A DNA stretch of 64,000 nucleotides from Podarcis tiliguerta (Eukaryota). Below, piece after piece: positions 39,725 through 53,153 of this stretch. Each line of letters starts with the position of its first letter. Position 1 is the stretch's first letter. Below the pieces are notes generated by a model. It saw only the letters and a program-made list of their open reading frames with translations. It searched no databases and was not told where the DNA came from. Where the stretch lies: the NCBI GenBank assembly GCA_965153285.1, contig OZ229112.1; one strand, given 5' to 3'. Both the position numbers and the translations under genes were made by a program.

Positions 39725-41342
39725 TAGCAAGAAACAGTATTTCCTGGCATTATGGAACAACCTGTGATGAGCTTTGGGCTTGCATATACATTTCTATCTC
39801 TCTTCTACTGCTGGTTTGCTCTAATAGCCCAGGATCTGAAACAACAGTTTTAACCTGATGTGTGATCACTAACTATAAGTTAAATAAACCACTGTTCCCT
39901 GAGTTCTGGTGTCATGGGAAACAAGCTAAGCTAAGGTCCACATCCTATCCGTACCTGCTTAGGAGAAAGTCCCACTGAGTTTTTGAGATTTTCTTTTTTA
40001 ATACAGTGCACAGGAAGGCGCTGCAGTATGCCAAGAGAGTGCCCCTAAAACTTAAGTGCATAAAAAAAATATGAAAGTCTCCTGTAAGTCCCTCCACAGA
40101 GCAGGCTGTCCACTGTATCGCTGAATGATTTGCTGTTCTAGTCTTACTTCCCACCGATTAGCTTCCATTGGAGATGAATAATGCTGTCACATTTCTGCAT
40201 TGCGTTTGTTTGAATCATCCATTCACTCCTGATGGAAAGAGCAGGGATTTAAGAAGACATTGATTTCCTTTCCGACCCATGTTCATCGCACGCAGCCCCG
40301 TTTCTGTTCTCCTGCAGTTCAGTTTCTGATGTAAAGTCATCTCTTTGCCTGCTGTGGTGGGACTTTATGGAATTAATTATGCAAATAGTTAATTGCTGGA
40401 TTGATTCCTGGCCCAGACAAATAAGCAAACGTTGGCCATTTCCGCTCCTGTTTCCATTGCCATGAGATTGCTTCAACACCCCTGGCAGTGAGATAGATTG
40501 GAATTAACTGTTGTTGGAGGAGATTTATCCAGAGGAATGACTCATGCAGAAACACCATTGGGCAAGTTTCAGATGAACTGCCTCGTGTATTAAAAGTGGG
40601 CATGAAAGGGCCGTGGAGTCACCACAGGCTAGCTGTATCCCCTAGGGGCCAGCGATGCTTCCATCAGCCATGGCTACACATTTGGTCCATGTGAAAAGGA
40701 CCCTACTTGCGTATCAAAATATAGAACTCATTCAACCAAGAACAGGATCCTGGTTGGTCCAGAGTCCTCTCCCAGCCCTATGCGGGGGCCTTTTCTCACA
40801 TTTACTGAACAGGTAGCCAACTGGAAGTTACAGGGATGGCCTGCATGGAGCTCCCTTTGCTCATGCATTTATCTGTTTCATTAACAAAATTTATATACCA
40901 CTTTCCCAACAGAAGACCTGGAAGTGACTTATACTGGACAATATAAAATATTTGTTAACAGATACTAATAAAATGTTTAAAATATGCGAGGGGGTTATTA
41001 CTATTGCCGCAGGGATAGCAAACATGGCACCTTCAGATGTTATTGGACTCTATCTCCCATCATCCCTAACCACTGGGCAGGCTTGGTCCAACAAGATCTG
41101 GAGAGTGCTACATTGTATGTTTCTTACTATTTTGAAAGTAAAAGTTTTTCGATCTAAAAATGAAGTGTACCCCGAATTCAGAAGAAAGCATCCATTTTGA
41201 GAATCATAGTATTGTAAAGTTGGAAGGGATCCCAAGGGTCATGTGATCTAACCCCCTGCAATCTCAACAAAAGCATCCATGGCACATGGCCGCCCAAGTT
41301 TGATGGAACACTGCATAGGGCTTACAAAGAATCTCTGTTTGA

Positions 41343-41675
<333 letters not shown>

Positions 41676-42950
41676 TGATAATAAAAATAAGTTTTTCTTT
41701 GTCGTCCCCCTGCAAAAAAAACACAACCCCTGACAGCTAGTGCATTATACTAGTGTATTATTGACACAATAAATTTCCAATACAATAAAATTTGGCGCTG
41801 CCAAAGTCTTTTAAAAATAACTGGTGCAACATGCCTAGTCTGCACACCAACTGAACATATTTCAAACACAGGTCTGCCTTAACAGCTTTTATTTTTGAGT
41901 CCAGTTGCACAGCACACTCTCTGGCAGAATATCCTCCATCTCCCATCACATGGCCAGGGATTATGGGAATTAGAGTCCGGCAACATCTGGAGGGCCACCA
42001 GTTCCCCTAAAACAATCAGCACCCGAGCAGGGCCAGGGCGATTTCATTCCGACCTCAGTGCCTTCTCCCAGCTGAAGCAGATGCCTGAGGAGTAGTGGCA
42101 ACAGTTTCCTGGGCCTGTCCTGTTCTAAAACCAGTTTAGGCCCTTCTGTAGGCCAGGTTTTGATCTTCCACACGGCCCTAATGCACTGACTCCACCCATG
42201 GAAGTCATTCTAGGGCAGGCCTGCACAGCACATGGGACTTCTATGTTGCGCAGGCCTGTTCTAGGGAAAGAAATTCTCCTGGGCGGCTGTGATCAGGATT
42301 GGGTGTGTTCCATGTGCTGGCTTGTGAAAACCCAGCACAGAATCTAGGGTCTGGCACACACTTTGGCATCCCAAAAATCCTGGCTTTCGCCGCTAACACA
42401 AAAGCCAGCTTCTCTTGGTTGCAGAGAGAAAGTTTGAAAGATTTGGGGCAGCGCCTGCTTCTTTGAGGAGCTAAGGAAATGTTGGGGAGGGTGGCTTTCG
42501 GTCTGCCCTTTGTAATTCCTCTGCCCCCAATTCTACGCCTATAACCTATAACGCCCTTGCCATTTTTCCTCTGCTCTGTCCCAGTGCCACCTCAGCCCTT
42601 TCTCTCCGTCCTATTCCAGTGCCATCCTAGTCTCCTTTTTAAATGGAAACAGTCTTAATTCACTGTAAGCCCAGGTTTCAAGAGAGCAAAATCCTCACAG
42701 GACGCTGCCTCATCCAGAGTCAGACCATTGGTCTATCTATCTCAGAGTGGGGAACCTTTTACAACCAGATCCTTACCTCTGGGTGATGGAACCTGGCACC
42801 TTCTGCAGAGCACATGCTCTGTCCCTGAGCTGTGCCCCTTTCGAAACTGAAAGTGGGTATAAATGATTGTGGAATTCACTGTTAATGGAGGTTAGAACTC
42901 TCAGTGGCTATGCGTCACAGTGGCTATATGCTGCTTTTAGTATACTCTTT

Positions 42951-43388
42951 TCCGAGCACAATTCAAAGTGTTGGTGCTGACCTTTTAAAGCCCTAAACAG
43001 CCCCAATCCAGTATATCTGAAGGAGCATCTCCACCCCCATCGTTCTACCCGGACACTGAGGTCCAGTGCCGAGGGTCTTCTGGCAGTTCCCTCACTGCGA
43101 GAAGCCAAGTTACAGGGAACCAGGCAGAGGGCCTGCTTGGTAGTGGCACCCGCCCTGTGGAATGCCCTCCCACCAGATGTCAAAGAGAAGAACAACTACC
43201 AGACTTTTAGAAGACATCTGAAGGCAACCCTGTTTAGGGAAGCTTTTAATGTTTAACAGACCACTGTATTTTAATACTTTGTTGGAAGCCGTCCAGAGTG
43301 GCTGTGGAAACCCAGCCAGATGAGCGGGGTATAAATAAATTATTATTATTAGTAGTAGTAGTACTATTACTATTACTACTACTACTAC
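42951..43388 (+). mobile_element. L2-clade LINE 3' fragment in TGFB2 intron 6
   Basis: Colinear with 4046-4407; compound (TAT)(TAG)(TAC) tail. Confidence 0.85.
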
Positions 43389-43606
43389 ATTGAAAGCTGT
43401 TGGATGGCAGCTATGGGAGAGGGCGGTTGGCCCCGTGTCTTGCCTGTGGTCTTCCCAGAAGCAACTGGTTGTTTACTATGAATGAATGTGAATCGATTAA
43501 TTACGGTCCACTATGGAAACAGGATCCTGGGTTTGGTCTTTGGTCTGATCCAGCATCCCAGTTCTTCATGTTTGTAAAACCAAGCTGAAATCCATTGAAC
43601 CTATGA

Positions 43607-43822
<216 letters not shown>

Positions 43823-45320
43823 GGGATATTCTGAAGCAGCACCAGCAAGTGCATTGGAAAAGAAAGGAAGAAAACAAAACATAAGAAGAAGAAGAAGAAG
43901 AAATGTAAAGAACACATAGGGTCAAGCAGTGATTTAAAAAAACAAAAAAAAGGAGAAAAAAAAGCGGTACTAGTCCAAATCGTTTGAGAGTTTGTTTCAT
44001 TGTTTTGCGTTTTGTTTTCAAAAAAACCACACACCATCATCTGAAGCAAAAACCGTGAAGGCCTTATCCTACATTTCAACTACTTGGTTAGTGAGATAGA
44101 CAAGAAGGAATTTTCTTTAAAAAAAAAAAAAGCAAAAAAAAAAAATACTAACAAGAAAGAAAAGAAAATGAAAAAAAAACCTTTTAAAAAAATAAACACT
44201 GGAAGAATTTGATAGAGTTCTTATGTGAAAGGAAAAAAACAGGAAAAATATCCCATTCAGTGGAGTTGCTGTATCTGTTCCGTGGCTTACTTGACCTCCG
44301 TGTTACGCCATAGATGCTCTACCCATTCCCTGTAGTTCTTAGAAATTAACAGCGCATTATTTATTTTTGTGTTATATGATCAAATGAGGGAGCATGTCAT
44401 TACCATAGGGGAGGGGTGGGGGGAACGAGGGAGCAAAAAAACAAACAAAAAACGAGCAGACCAAATAAACAGCAAGAAACCTGGTTTCATTCCTTAGAAA
44501 CCTGAGCTCAAAAAAAGAGATCTTTTTAAAAAAATTCTGCAAACCATGATTTGTTTAGCTCAGTTAAAACAGTAGTTTGCTATTTTTCAGGAAGTCTGCC
44601 TTAAAAAGAAAAAGCCACATACACCGTTGTTTTTCTTGCCGAGAGCCTATGCAAAGCCTCGCACCATTTGTTTTTATACTGAAAACCTTAACAATAAAGG
44701 ACATTTTTGTTTCAGTCTCAAAGACAAGTCTATTAAGATTCTTTTAAACATTCAAACATACCACCACCAGTGACTGTAAATGAACTAAACCGTCAGTTTA
44801 GTAAACCAGTGAAATATTTAACATGTACTGGTCTAATCTTCAGACCCTAATATGTTGCTGTATAGCTATTGCTTTGGGATTGTTTGTCTGTTTTATTTGT
44901 GTGTGCGCGGGATTTTCTTTTGTTTTTTTGTTTTGTATATGTAACCGTACCTATAGTATTACAATAGGTGGGTAGTAAGAAGCCAGCTTAATTGGAAACA
45001 TATCTGTAGATCTCTATTGTAAACTATTAAAAAATTAAGTACTTTATGTGTAACGTGTAAATTTTCACCATATTTTTGTACTCTGTTAATACTGTCAACT
45101 CTGAAGAGTTTTAACTTAGGGGCTCTTGTTGATCACTTGGAATTGTGTGTTTCCCTCTAGCTGGCCAGTATGAGTGAAGCCCCTGTTTTTTTGTTTTTTC
45201 CCCCCCAACTTGCACTACAAATACATGTTTTGTAATATTTACTATACATGAGCTTTGTATGTTGTTTTTCATCCTGACGATATAAGCTACCTGACTCCAA
45301 TTTCATTTTGTTTCAGAAGA
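43823..45320 (+). other. TGFB2: TGFB2 3'UTR, proximal conserved part; true end not determined
   Basis: Follows the TAA and is free of interspersed repeats. Blocks such as gaaggccttatcctacatttca, aataaacactggaagaattt, agtggagttgctgta and acatgtactggtc resemble the mammalian TGFB2 3'UTR as I recall it. AATAAA at 44191, 44464 and 44693; ATTAAA at 45026. Confidence 0.8.
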
Positions 45321-46261
45321 AGAAAATAAGGTACAGTAAAAACAAAGCCACCAAAAGGCAAGGCAAACTCCCACCCCCCCTTAGTCATATATCTGAAAAC
45401 GGGAGGCTTCAAAATGCTGAAGTTTAAAACCTCTCTTTCGGTGCTGGAACAGAAGGCAATTTTCTGTTTTTTCCCCAGATGGCAGGGACAACACAGAAAC
45501 AAAGACTTCCGGACTTAACATTGATCTTCTTGTATAATCCATTCCTTGGCCTGATCAAACTGTAGTCACCCGTAGTTTGTCAAAGGGCACATCCAGCCAC
45601 TTCAGATTAGCGTTGCGGTGGTGCTGGGGGTCTGCATGAGACTGTGTATATGCAGGGGAAAGGCCACTTACACGTGCAGCCTCACTTCTTCCACTTAGGG
45701 GGATTGATTAGTTTCTGTTCTGTTTAATTCCATAACGGGGTATCAGAGTCAGTTCAGCCGCAGTCAAAATGAAAAGAGGAAAGTCACACGCTACACCCCC
45801 ATTCTGATATAGCAGGCGCAGGGGTTTGGATCTTGGCTCTGCTGTAGCACCCACTGGGTGACCTTGTGCTAGTCGCTTTTTCTCAGCCTAGCCTACCTCA
45901 CAGGGTGGTTGCAAGGATATAACAGGCATGTGTGCCGCCTTGAGCTCCTGGGAGGAAAAAACCATTCCATTTTGCAATCCCAGACAGCCCTGTATTTGAA
46001 GGGCTGCTGGAATAGGCTTCTGTTTGAAGGAGTCCTCTGTTGCGCTTGTCCAGGCCAAGCTTGGCTTAAAGATAAAAACAGGAAGGAAGACTCGGGGCCA
46101 TAAAGATGCCCAATAACTTTTAGCAGCTGAGTGTAGGGTTCTACACATTGGCGATATGTATTGTATGTCTATTTAAATTAGAAATTATTTCCAAAATATG
46201 CATCGCAACATAAATTAACGCATGCAAAATCCATGCAAATCTCTTGTCTTTTTTTGTGATG

Positions 46262-46597
46262 TGTGGGTTAAACCACAGAGCCTAGGGCTTGCCGATCAGA
46301 AGGTCGGCGGTTCAGCTCCCCACGACGGGGTGCGCTCCGGTTGCTCGGTCCCTGCTTCTGCCAACCTAGCAGTTCGAAAGCACGTCAAAGTGCAAGTAGA
46401 TAAATAGGTACCACTCCGGCGGGAAGGTAAACGACATTTCCATGCGCTGCTTTGGTTCTCCAGAAGCGGCTTAGTCATGCTGGCCACATGACCCGGAAGC
46501 TGTACGCTGGCTCCCTCGGCCAATAAAGTGAGATGAGCGCCACAACCCCAGAGTCGGCCACGACTGGACCTAATGGTCAGGGGTCCCTTTACCTTTA
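46262..46597 (+). mobile_element. Sauria SINE, slightly 5'-truncated
   Basis: Colinear with the 1614 copy. Confidence 0.93.
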
Positions 46598-47877
46598 AGT
46601 GGCCAACTTAGCTGCTAGATGGGGAAGGAGAAGCACCTAGCTTGCCTGAGAAGATTTCAGGTTTGTTTTTAAAGAAAAGGTTTGCAGCTGCTTCAAATGG
46701 GGGAATGGCATTTGTACCGCACAGTTGTGCCCACACTTCCCCACATAGCCCAAACCTGCTTCCCTGCACATGCAGCCTCAGCTAGGTTTGCGCATCACAT
46801 GCCCAAGTCTTTAGTCCTAAATAATCCAGCGTGCGTTTAAAAAATCACAATAGTGCCTTTAAAGTGATACAGTCAAGGGCGTGTTAGGTTTCAAGATTGA
46901 GGTTTGATTCATACTTTCAGGAAGGTTTGAGTTTGAGGGGAACACAAGCTATGCATATGGGGGTTCACAATGAGGTAAATAAATTCAGCCACAGGGATCA
47001 TTAGTTGTATGGTTGTATGCTATTAAAATAATCCATATTAAAATCATATCATTTTAACTCTGATTTTAAGTAAATAACATTCAGTTTGTTTAAACTGTAA
47101 CCAGTAGTGCAATCCTACATATGTTTACTTGGGAGTAAGTCCCACTGTGTTTGGTTGCGCCTACACAGCCACAGTGGGAACACGGCCTTGTTTACCCAAG
47201 TGCCAAACTGCTAAAGTGCTTTTCCCCAAGGCAACACAGATTATGTTTTGACAGCCAACTTGAGGGCTACAGACTCTGTACCTGCAAAAGGACAAAATCG
47301 TACCTGTAGGACAGTCATTTGAACCCAGGGTTATTATTGTTCAGCTTTGCCTATCTTATCTGGAGATGATGAACATTTGTTTTCAAAGTTGTTGTCCACA
47401 AATGACCAGTTTCTCAAATGATTTATAGGATCAGGCCTTCCACCTGTGCATTTTTATTTTGTCTTACATAATTTATTCATTGCTTCCCCTGATAATGGCT
47501 TTCTCTTTTTCTTCATTAAAGTGCAAAAGGAACCACACAAAAGCTCCTTTTTGTTCAAATTATTTTATACTATTTTGAAAGTAGTACATTGGCTTTGAAC
47601 AAATGTTGGCTTTCATATGTGATTTCTGACCATTCCAAATGGATTCAGTCAGTGTCCAAAATCTATCTTCACAGTACAATCCTGTGCATGTTTACTCAGA
47701 AACAAGTCGCACTGCATTCAATTAGGCTTGCTCTCAGGCTAGTGTGCCTAGTCTGTACTTAATTGGGAGTAAGCCCAATTGAACAAAATGGAACTTACCT
47801 CTTAAAAGACATGAATAAAACTACATTCCTTTTTTAGGCTTTGTCAACATCAACCAACTTTCAGACATTGGCTATTA

Positions 47878-48103
47878 CAGTGGTACCTCTGGTTACATAC
47901 TTAATTCGTTCCGGAGGTCCGTTCTTAACCTGAAACTGTTCTTACCCTGAAGGACCACTTTAGCTAATGGGGCCTCCCGCTGCCGCTGCACCGCCAGAGC
48001 ACGATTTTTGTTGTCATCCTGAAGCAAAGTTCTTAACCCGAGGTACTATTTCTGGGTTAGCGGAGTCTGTAACCTGAAGCGTATGTAACCCGAGGTACCA
48101 CTG
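47878..48103. mobile_element. Tc1/mariner-pogo-like MITE (family A)
   Basis: TA-cagtggtacctc...gaggtaccactg-TA, perfect 12-bp TIR. Confidence 0.9.
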
Positions 48104-49263
48104 TACATTAATGATTTGAATGGTTCTGCATTAGTGTCTATAGGAATATGATAATGAAATGAAGATGTCATTTCCCTCTAAGAAAACAGTCCAGAAATAG
48201 GACTTCCGAATATTTTATTTGGAGATGGGGATTTGGTTGGGTCTTACTTGTGTGCTATATTAAGCGGGTACATTAGCCATACTCTTTAACTTTCTCACAA
48301 TAGAGGATTATTTGCACTGGGCCAAATCATGATATATGCTGAATCGGTTCATGAAACACTGAAACAGAGGTGCAAAGAAGTCCTCTTCCCAAGAACCACT
48401 CACGTTGAAGCCATGTTCGCATGCTGAAGCCACACCAACCAGCCCTGCCCCCAGTATCCTGCATGCTGACTTGACTGCTCTTGGCATCCCTAGCACAGCA
48501 TGAGCACCAGGAAATCGGGGAGGAGTCGCTTGGCATGACTCCACTCGCACATTGATTCAATGTGTGGGTAGTTCTTGTGAAGAGGGATGTTGTTGCAATA
48601 AGAATGACTGGAAACTGAAACAAGTTTTCCAGAATAATGGCCACACTCTCGTTCTCCGGAGGCTCGTAAGCTTTGGATCAAATGTTACAGCTCTTGTGCG
48701 GAGACTGCCAAAAAATGGCTCGAGAAACGTTGCACTCCATGCCGGCTGTGATGTTTTGAAAGCTGCTTTCCTCATGGTTCAACCAAATAATGTGTAAATG
48801 CTCAGAATCAACACTGCGAGTTGGCAGCCGCAGAGACTGATGTGGAAGCTCTTCACATTCCTCAGGACAACTTTTTGAAAAGCGGTTTCCAACTGTGATG
48901 GCTGCCATGTGGATTCCCACACTCTCCACATGGAGCTGGAGGTCTAAGTACAAAATCCCCAAGAGAAGACCAGACGGACATTTCTATTCCAACTCTAGTC
49001 TTGGCAGTAACTCTTACTGAAGTCAGTGCAGGTTACCTGGAATAGGTATCTAAAGGCTCAGTTTCGTATGAAGCCTGTTTCTAGCAACAGGGTTAAAGTC
49101 CACAAAAAACAGTTTATTACTACAGATATTGGATTGTCACATTATATCAGTGGATATAACAGATATTTGAGGTAGCTTGGTCGTTCTGTCTTGGATGTTC
49201 TCCATATAGAGTAGGCCTGCTGAATTCTGTAATGCTGTGTTTTCAAGAACTGGCCCAGAAGTA

Positions 49264-49500
49264 CAGTGGTACCTCAGTTTTCGAACATCTCCGTTGACAA
49301 AAGTTCAGAACTCGAACGCCGTAAACCCGAAAGTAAATGCTTCCCTTTTCAAACGCACTTCGGAAGTCGAGGTTCCACTGTATTTTTCTCAATTTTCTCT
49401 ATTAAATTTGCACACCGCCCTTTGCACCTCGGTTTTCGAACGTTTCAGAACTCGAAAGGTCTTCTGGAACAGATTATCTTCGAAAACCGAGGTACCACTG
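49264..49500. mobile_element. Tc1/mariner-pogo-like MITE with an extra internal end
   Basis: TA-cagtggtacctc...gaggtaccactg-TA; internal gaggttccactg-TA at 49369-49382. Confidence 0.8.
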
Positions 49501-50013
49501 TATGTAATCAGAACCATTTGGATCCTTTTAAATTTGAGAGATTTCCCCCTACAGCTGAGATGGGGTCCCTGAGGCCCTGCAGCCATTTCTGAGGGCTTCA
49601 ACTCCCATCAGCTCCAGTCAGCACTGCCATTGGGGAAGGGTATTAGGAGTTGTAGTCCAGCAATATCTGGAGGGTCACAGGATAGCTCCACCCCCTCCTG
49701 CTCTGTTGACATGGAGACAATGGAATCTCGGCTCCTATGCCATTAAAGAAAAGTTTAAACAAGTTGCACTTCAACCTGTGTATCTCCAATTAACATACGT
49801 ATGATTCTCAGACTGCAGCAGGACATGAGATTCTGAACTGGGTATGAATTTGCTTTCTCTTGTGAAAATGGATTTATGTGGAAGGCCAGTCTCAATGGGA
49901 CCAAAATGTGGTCCCACAGAAGTCCATAGCCATCCTGACATCTCACTGCTCATGAAGGATATATGTGCATTTTTTCCTAAGGGACCCAAACAGCAAAATG
50001 TACTACTATAGTC

Positions 50014-50149
50014 CAGGCTTCCTCAAACTTAGCCCTCCAGATGTTTTTGGCCTACAACCCCCATGATCCCTAGCTAGCAGGACCAGTGGTCAGGGATGAT
50101 GGGAACTGTAGTCTCAAAACATCTGGAGGGCTGAGTTTGAGAAAGCGTG
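50014..50149. mobile_element. hAT-type palindromic MITE
   Basis: Long imperfect inverted arms and 8-bp TSD CTATAGTC (50006-50013, 50150-50157). Degenerate relatives near 10160, 12430, 15350, 31400, 41010, 49580, 60316 and 63064. Confidence 0.85.
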
Positions 50150-50710
50150 CTATAGTCCATAGTGTACTACCATGAATAGATGAGTTTAGATTTTTTTTTG
50201 GGGGGGGGGGGTCACAGGTTTACATTATGCCTTGAGCGGAATCCCCTTTATTTGGTTTAAAACCAAAATGAAAACGATTTGCTGAAGTAGAGATAAGGAG
50301 AATAAACCCTTCTGAAGCAATCAAAGCTTGTGTATTTTTGCTATTCTTTTCCAATTCGGAAAAGCAAGAAGCTAATTGTGCTTTGCTGGGAATGGATTTC
50401 TGGCATAACTTAACAACTGATAAAAAAAATAAATCAACGAGTGTCATAATTTAAAATGGAAAATCAAATATCAGAATAATGGCAATGGATGTTTTAGGCA
50501 AGAAACAGGACTTGATTTTGGATTCATTGCTAGCACAGCTGCTTTTTAACTGGGAATGCAGAGTGTGCATGGTTACACGTGCCCTGACTCTTGGCAATCC
50601 CCTCTCCCTGGCACTGTAATGTTGGAAGCGTAGTGTGATTATTGCCCATCGCTTGCGCTTGACCCCAGTGTACAAAGTGCTTCTTAATTACAGGAGACAG
50701 TCAGTGTGGG

Positions 50711-50938
50711 GAGAGCCAGTGTGGTGTAATGGTTAAAGTATTTAACTAGGACCTAGGAGACCAGGGTTCAAACCCCAACTCAACCATGAAGCTTTCTGCC
50801 CTTCGGCCCACCACAGCCTCTCAGCCTAACCTACCTCACAGGGATGTTGTGAGGATTAAATGAGGACGGGGAGAACCAGGTATGCCATCTTGAGCTCTCT
50901 TTGGAGAAAATGTGGGATGTAAATTCAATAAATAAATA
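50711..50938 (+). mobile_element. MIR/CORE-like tRNA SINE
   Basis: agtgtggtgtaatgg A box, ggttcaaacc B box, ctcagcctaacctacctcacaggg core, (TAAA)n tail; relatives at about 35795-35975 (+) and 62770-62962 (-). Confidence 0.75.
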
Positions 50939-51335
50939 AGGCATGTTTCAGTTACCGTACATTATTCCACAACTCTATACTTACTGCTGTGGTCAGCTAC
51001 AGAGCACAATAATAAAAGTATTTTCCACCTTCTCATGAACCACATTATTTTGAGAGAGAGTTCTGCAGTCTGGGCGACAGTGCCAAGAAGGTCTGCTCTC
51101 ATGTCTCCATTGAGCACATCTCCTAAGGTGGTTGGAAGCAGAGGACAGATGTTGAACACAGTGCACAAACAAGTTGATGCAGCAGATGGTGTTCTAAGTG
51201 GGCACTTCTTGTATCCTGTCCTTCCTTCAAGAATAGCAGGCAATGTACATGGGGGCTTCGATTTGTCTTCCCAAAGGTTAGTCAACTTGAGAGACCACAA
51301 TTAACTAAGTGAGCTTCGTAATTGTGTTGGGATCA

Positions 51336-51929
51336 TAGCCAGACATCATAGCCAGACACTGGAGAGACCTGTCAGGAGTAATCATGGAGTGGACCAGTGC
51401 TACCAAATAGTATGCGAAACAGCCTTATTAGAAAAACTAACTAATAAACTGAAACTGACACGGGGACAAATAGAAGAAGATGGCTCCCCTTTATCACATA
51501 CACAGCCCAACAAGACAATGACAAGAATCCACCAACAGCATATGAATCAACATGGCTAACCTGATTCAAAAACACCCACCCACCCCCCTCACACATGAAA
51601 ACGTGGTTCACCACAGCCAATCACAAACAACCACACCCTAGGCCAACCCCAACCTCTCTCATCACCAAAGGAACACAAGCGAATAGTAAAGAGAACCTGC
51701 ACAAGCGACACTGACACAAAACCCCACACATACATCAAGAAGAACAGAAATATTGCCACCCACCCCCACCCCCACTCACCATGCCTCTTCCACCCTTTTC
51801 TTCCTAATGTAACACTAATGTCTCAACAAATGAAACTGATCTGTAGAAAATGTAACTTGAAAAAGAGACATTACACATACTTCTGTAAACCAAGAAATCT
51901 TTAATCAAAAATATGTATAATAATAATAA
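51336..51929 (+). mobile_element. 5'-truncated L1/Tx1-like LINE
   Basis: IARHWRDLSG...ETALLEKLTNKLKLTRGQIEED remnant, (TAA)n tail, 17-bp TSD TAATTGTGTTG(G/A)GATCA at 51319-51335 and 51930-51946. Confidence 0.8.
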
Positions 51930-52810
51930 TAATTGTGTTGAGATCAGTGATGTAGTAGTCATTGGTTATGTGAGGTCACAATTCCTTACTATTTCTGCAG
52001 GAGGGACCACCTCACCAGCATTCTAGAGGCATCCAATCAGCATTTAAAGAGGAGCTTTATACTCAAAAACTTAGCATATAGGAACACCAAAAACATGAGG
52101 TGCTTCAGTTTCAAGACAATGACATGCAAGTTCTATTATGTACAACGGAACTACATGGAAAACACAACTTAAGTCACTCTGAAAGAAGATACCGGAGCAC
52201 TTTAAATCATTTGCTCATGTATGACCACAGAAAATAATAGATCCCACTGAAGCACAGGGAGATCTGCATTGATTTTGCAATGCATTTCCTAATCTTAGAA
52301 GTTTGTATATAGTATATATAGCAGACCGTTGCCTGTTCTGAGACATCGAAGCAAGGGACGGAAAGATAAGACCTCTGAGAAATTTGATATTCAATTCCGC
52401 CCCAAGTCACAATGAGAGAAAACAAAAGCTAGGAAGTGAAAGCGACAACACCATGCATGGACAGAAGGATCTCCGTGGATATAACAGTTTTCACGCGCAG
52501 GGCAGAATACAGATAATAGTTTGAGTTCCTCACTTGAAGCTTTATAAATGTATATATTGTAACATGACGAATAGAAATCATTAATGAAGTAGCTGTTGGA
52601 CTAAGGCGTTATTATTATAACTGAAATGTGACTGACATTCATTAAGATTATGGAACGCAGTGATATAAGATCAGAAATGCACCCAAACCATCATGCGGGA
52701 GCCACTTTAACTAAAATGTATTAACTGGAAGTTGATTGGCACTTTGGTAATTGTATAATTTGGGAATTAATCGTTTTTCTTGTAATTTGGCTATTATTGG
52801 GGTTATATTA

Positions 52811-53153
52811 AAGGACCACTGACCATTAGGTCCAGTCGTGACCGACTCTGGGGTTGCGGCGCTCCTCTCGCTTTATTGGCCGAGGGAGCCGGCGTACAGC
52901 TTCCGCGTCATGTGGCCAACATGACTAAGCCGCTTCTGGTGAACCAGAGCAGCGCACGGAAATGCCATTTACCTTCCCGCCAGAGCGGTACCTATTTATC
53001 TACTTGCACTTTAACGTGCTTTCGAACTGCTAGGTTAGCAGGAGCAGGGACCGAGTAACGGGAGCTCACCCCGTCTCGGGGATTCAAACTGCCGACCTTC
53101 TAATCAGCAAGTCCTAGGCTCTGTGGTTTAACCCACAGTGCCATCCATGTCCC
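52811..53153 (-). mobile_element. Sauria SINE
   Basis: 13-bp TSD TGGGG(T/G)TATATTA at 52798-52810 and 53154-53166. Confidence 0.93.

Noticed and set aside
50014-50149. Long hairpins as pre-miRNA candidates
   Set aside because: Multi-copy palindromic MITEs with an 8-bp TSD; no recognisable mature miRNA.
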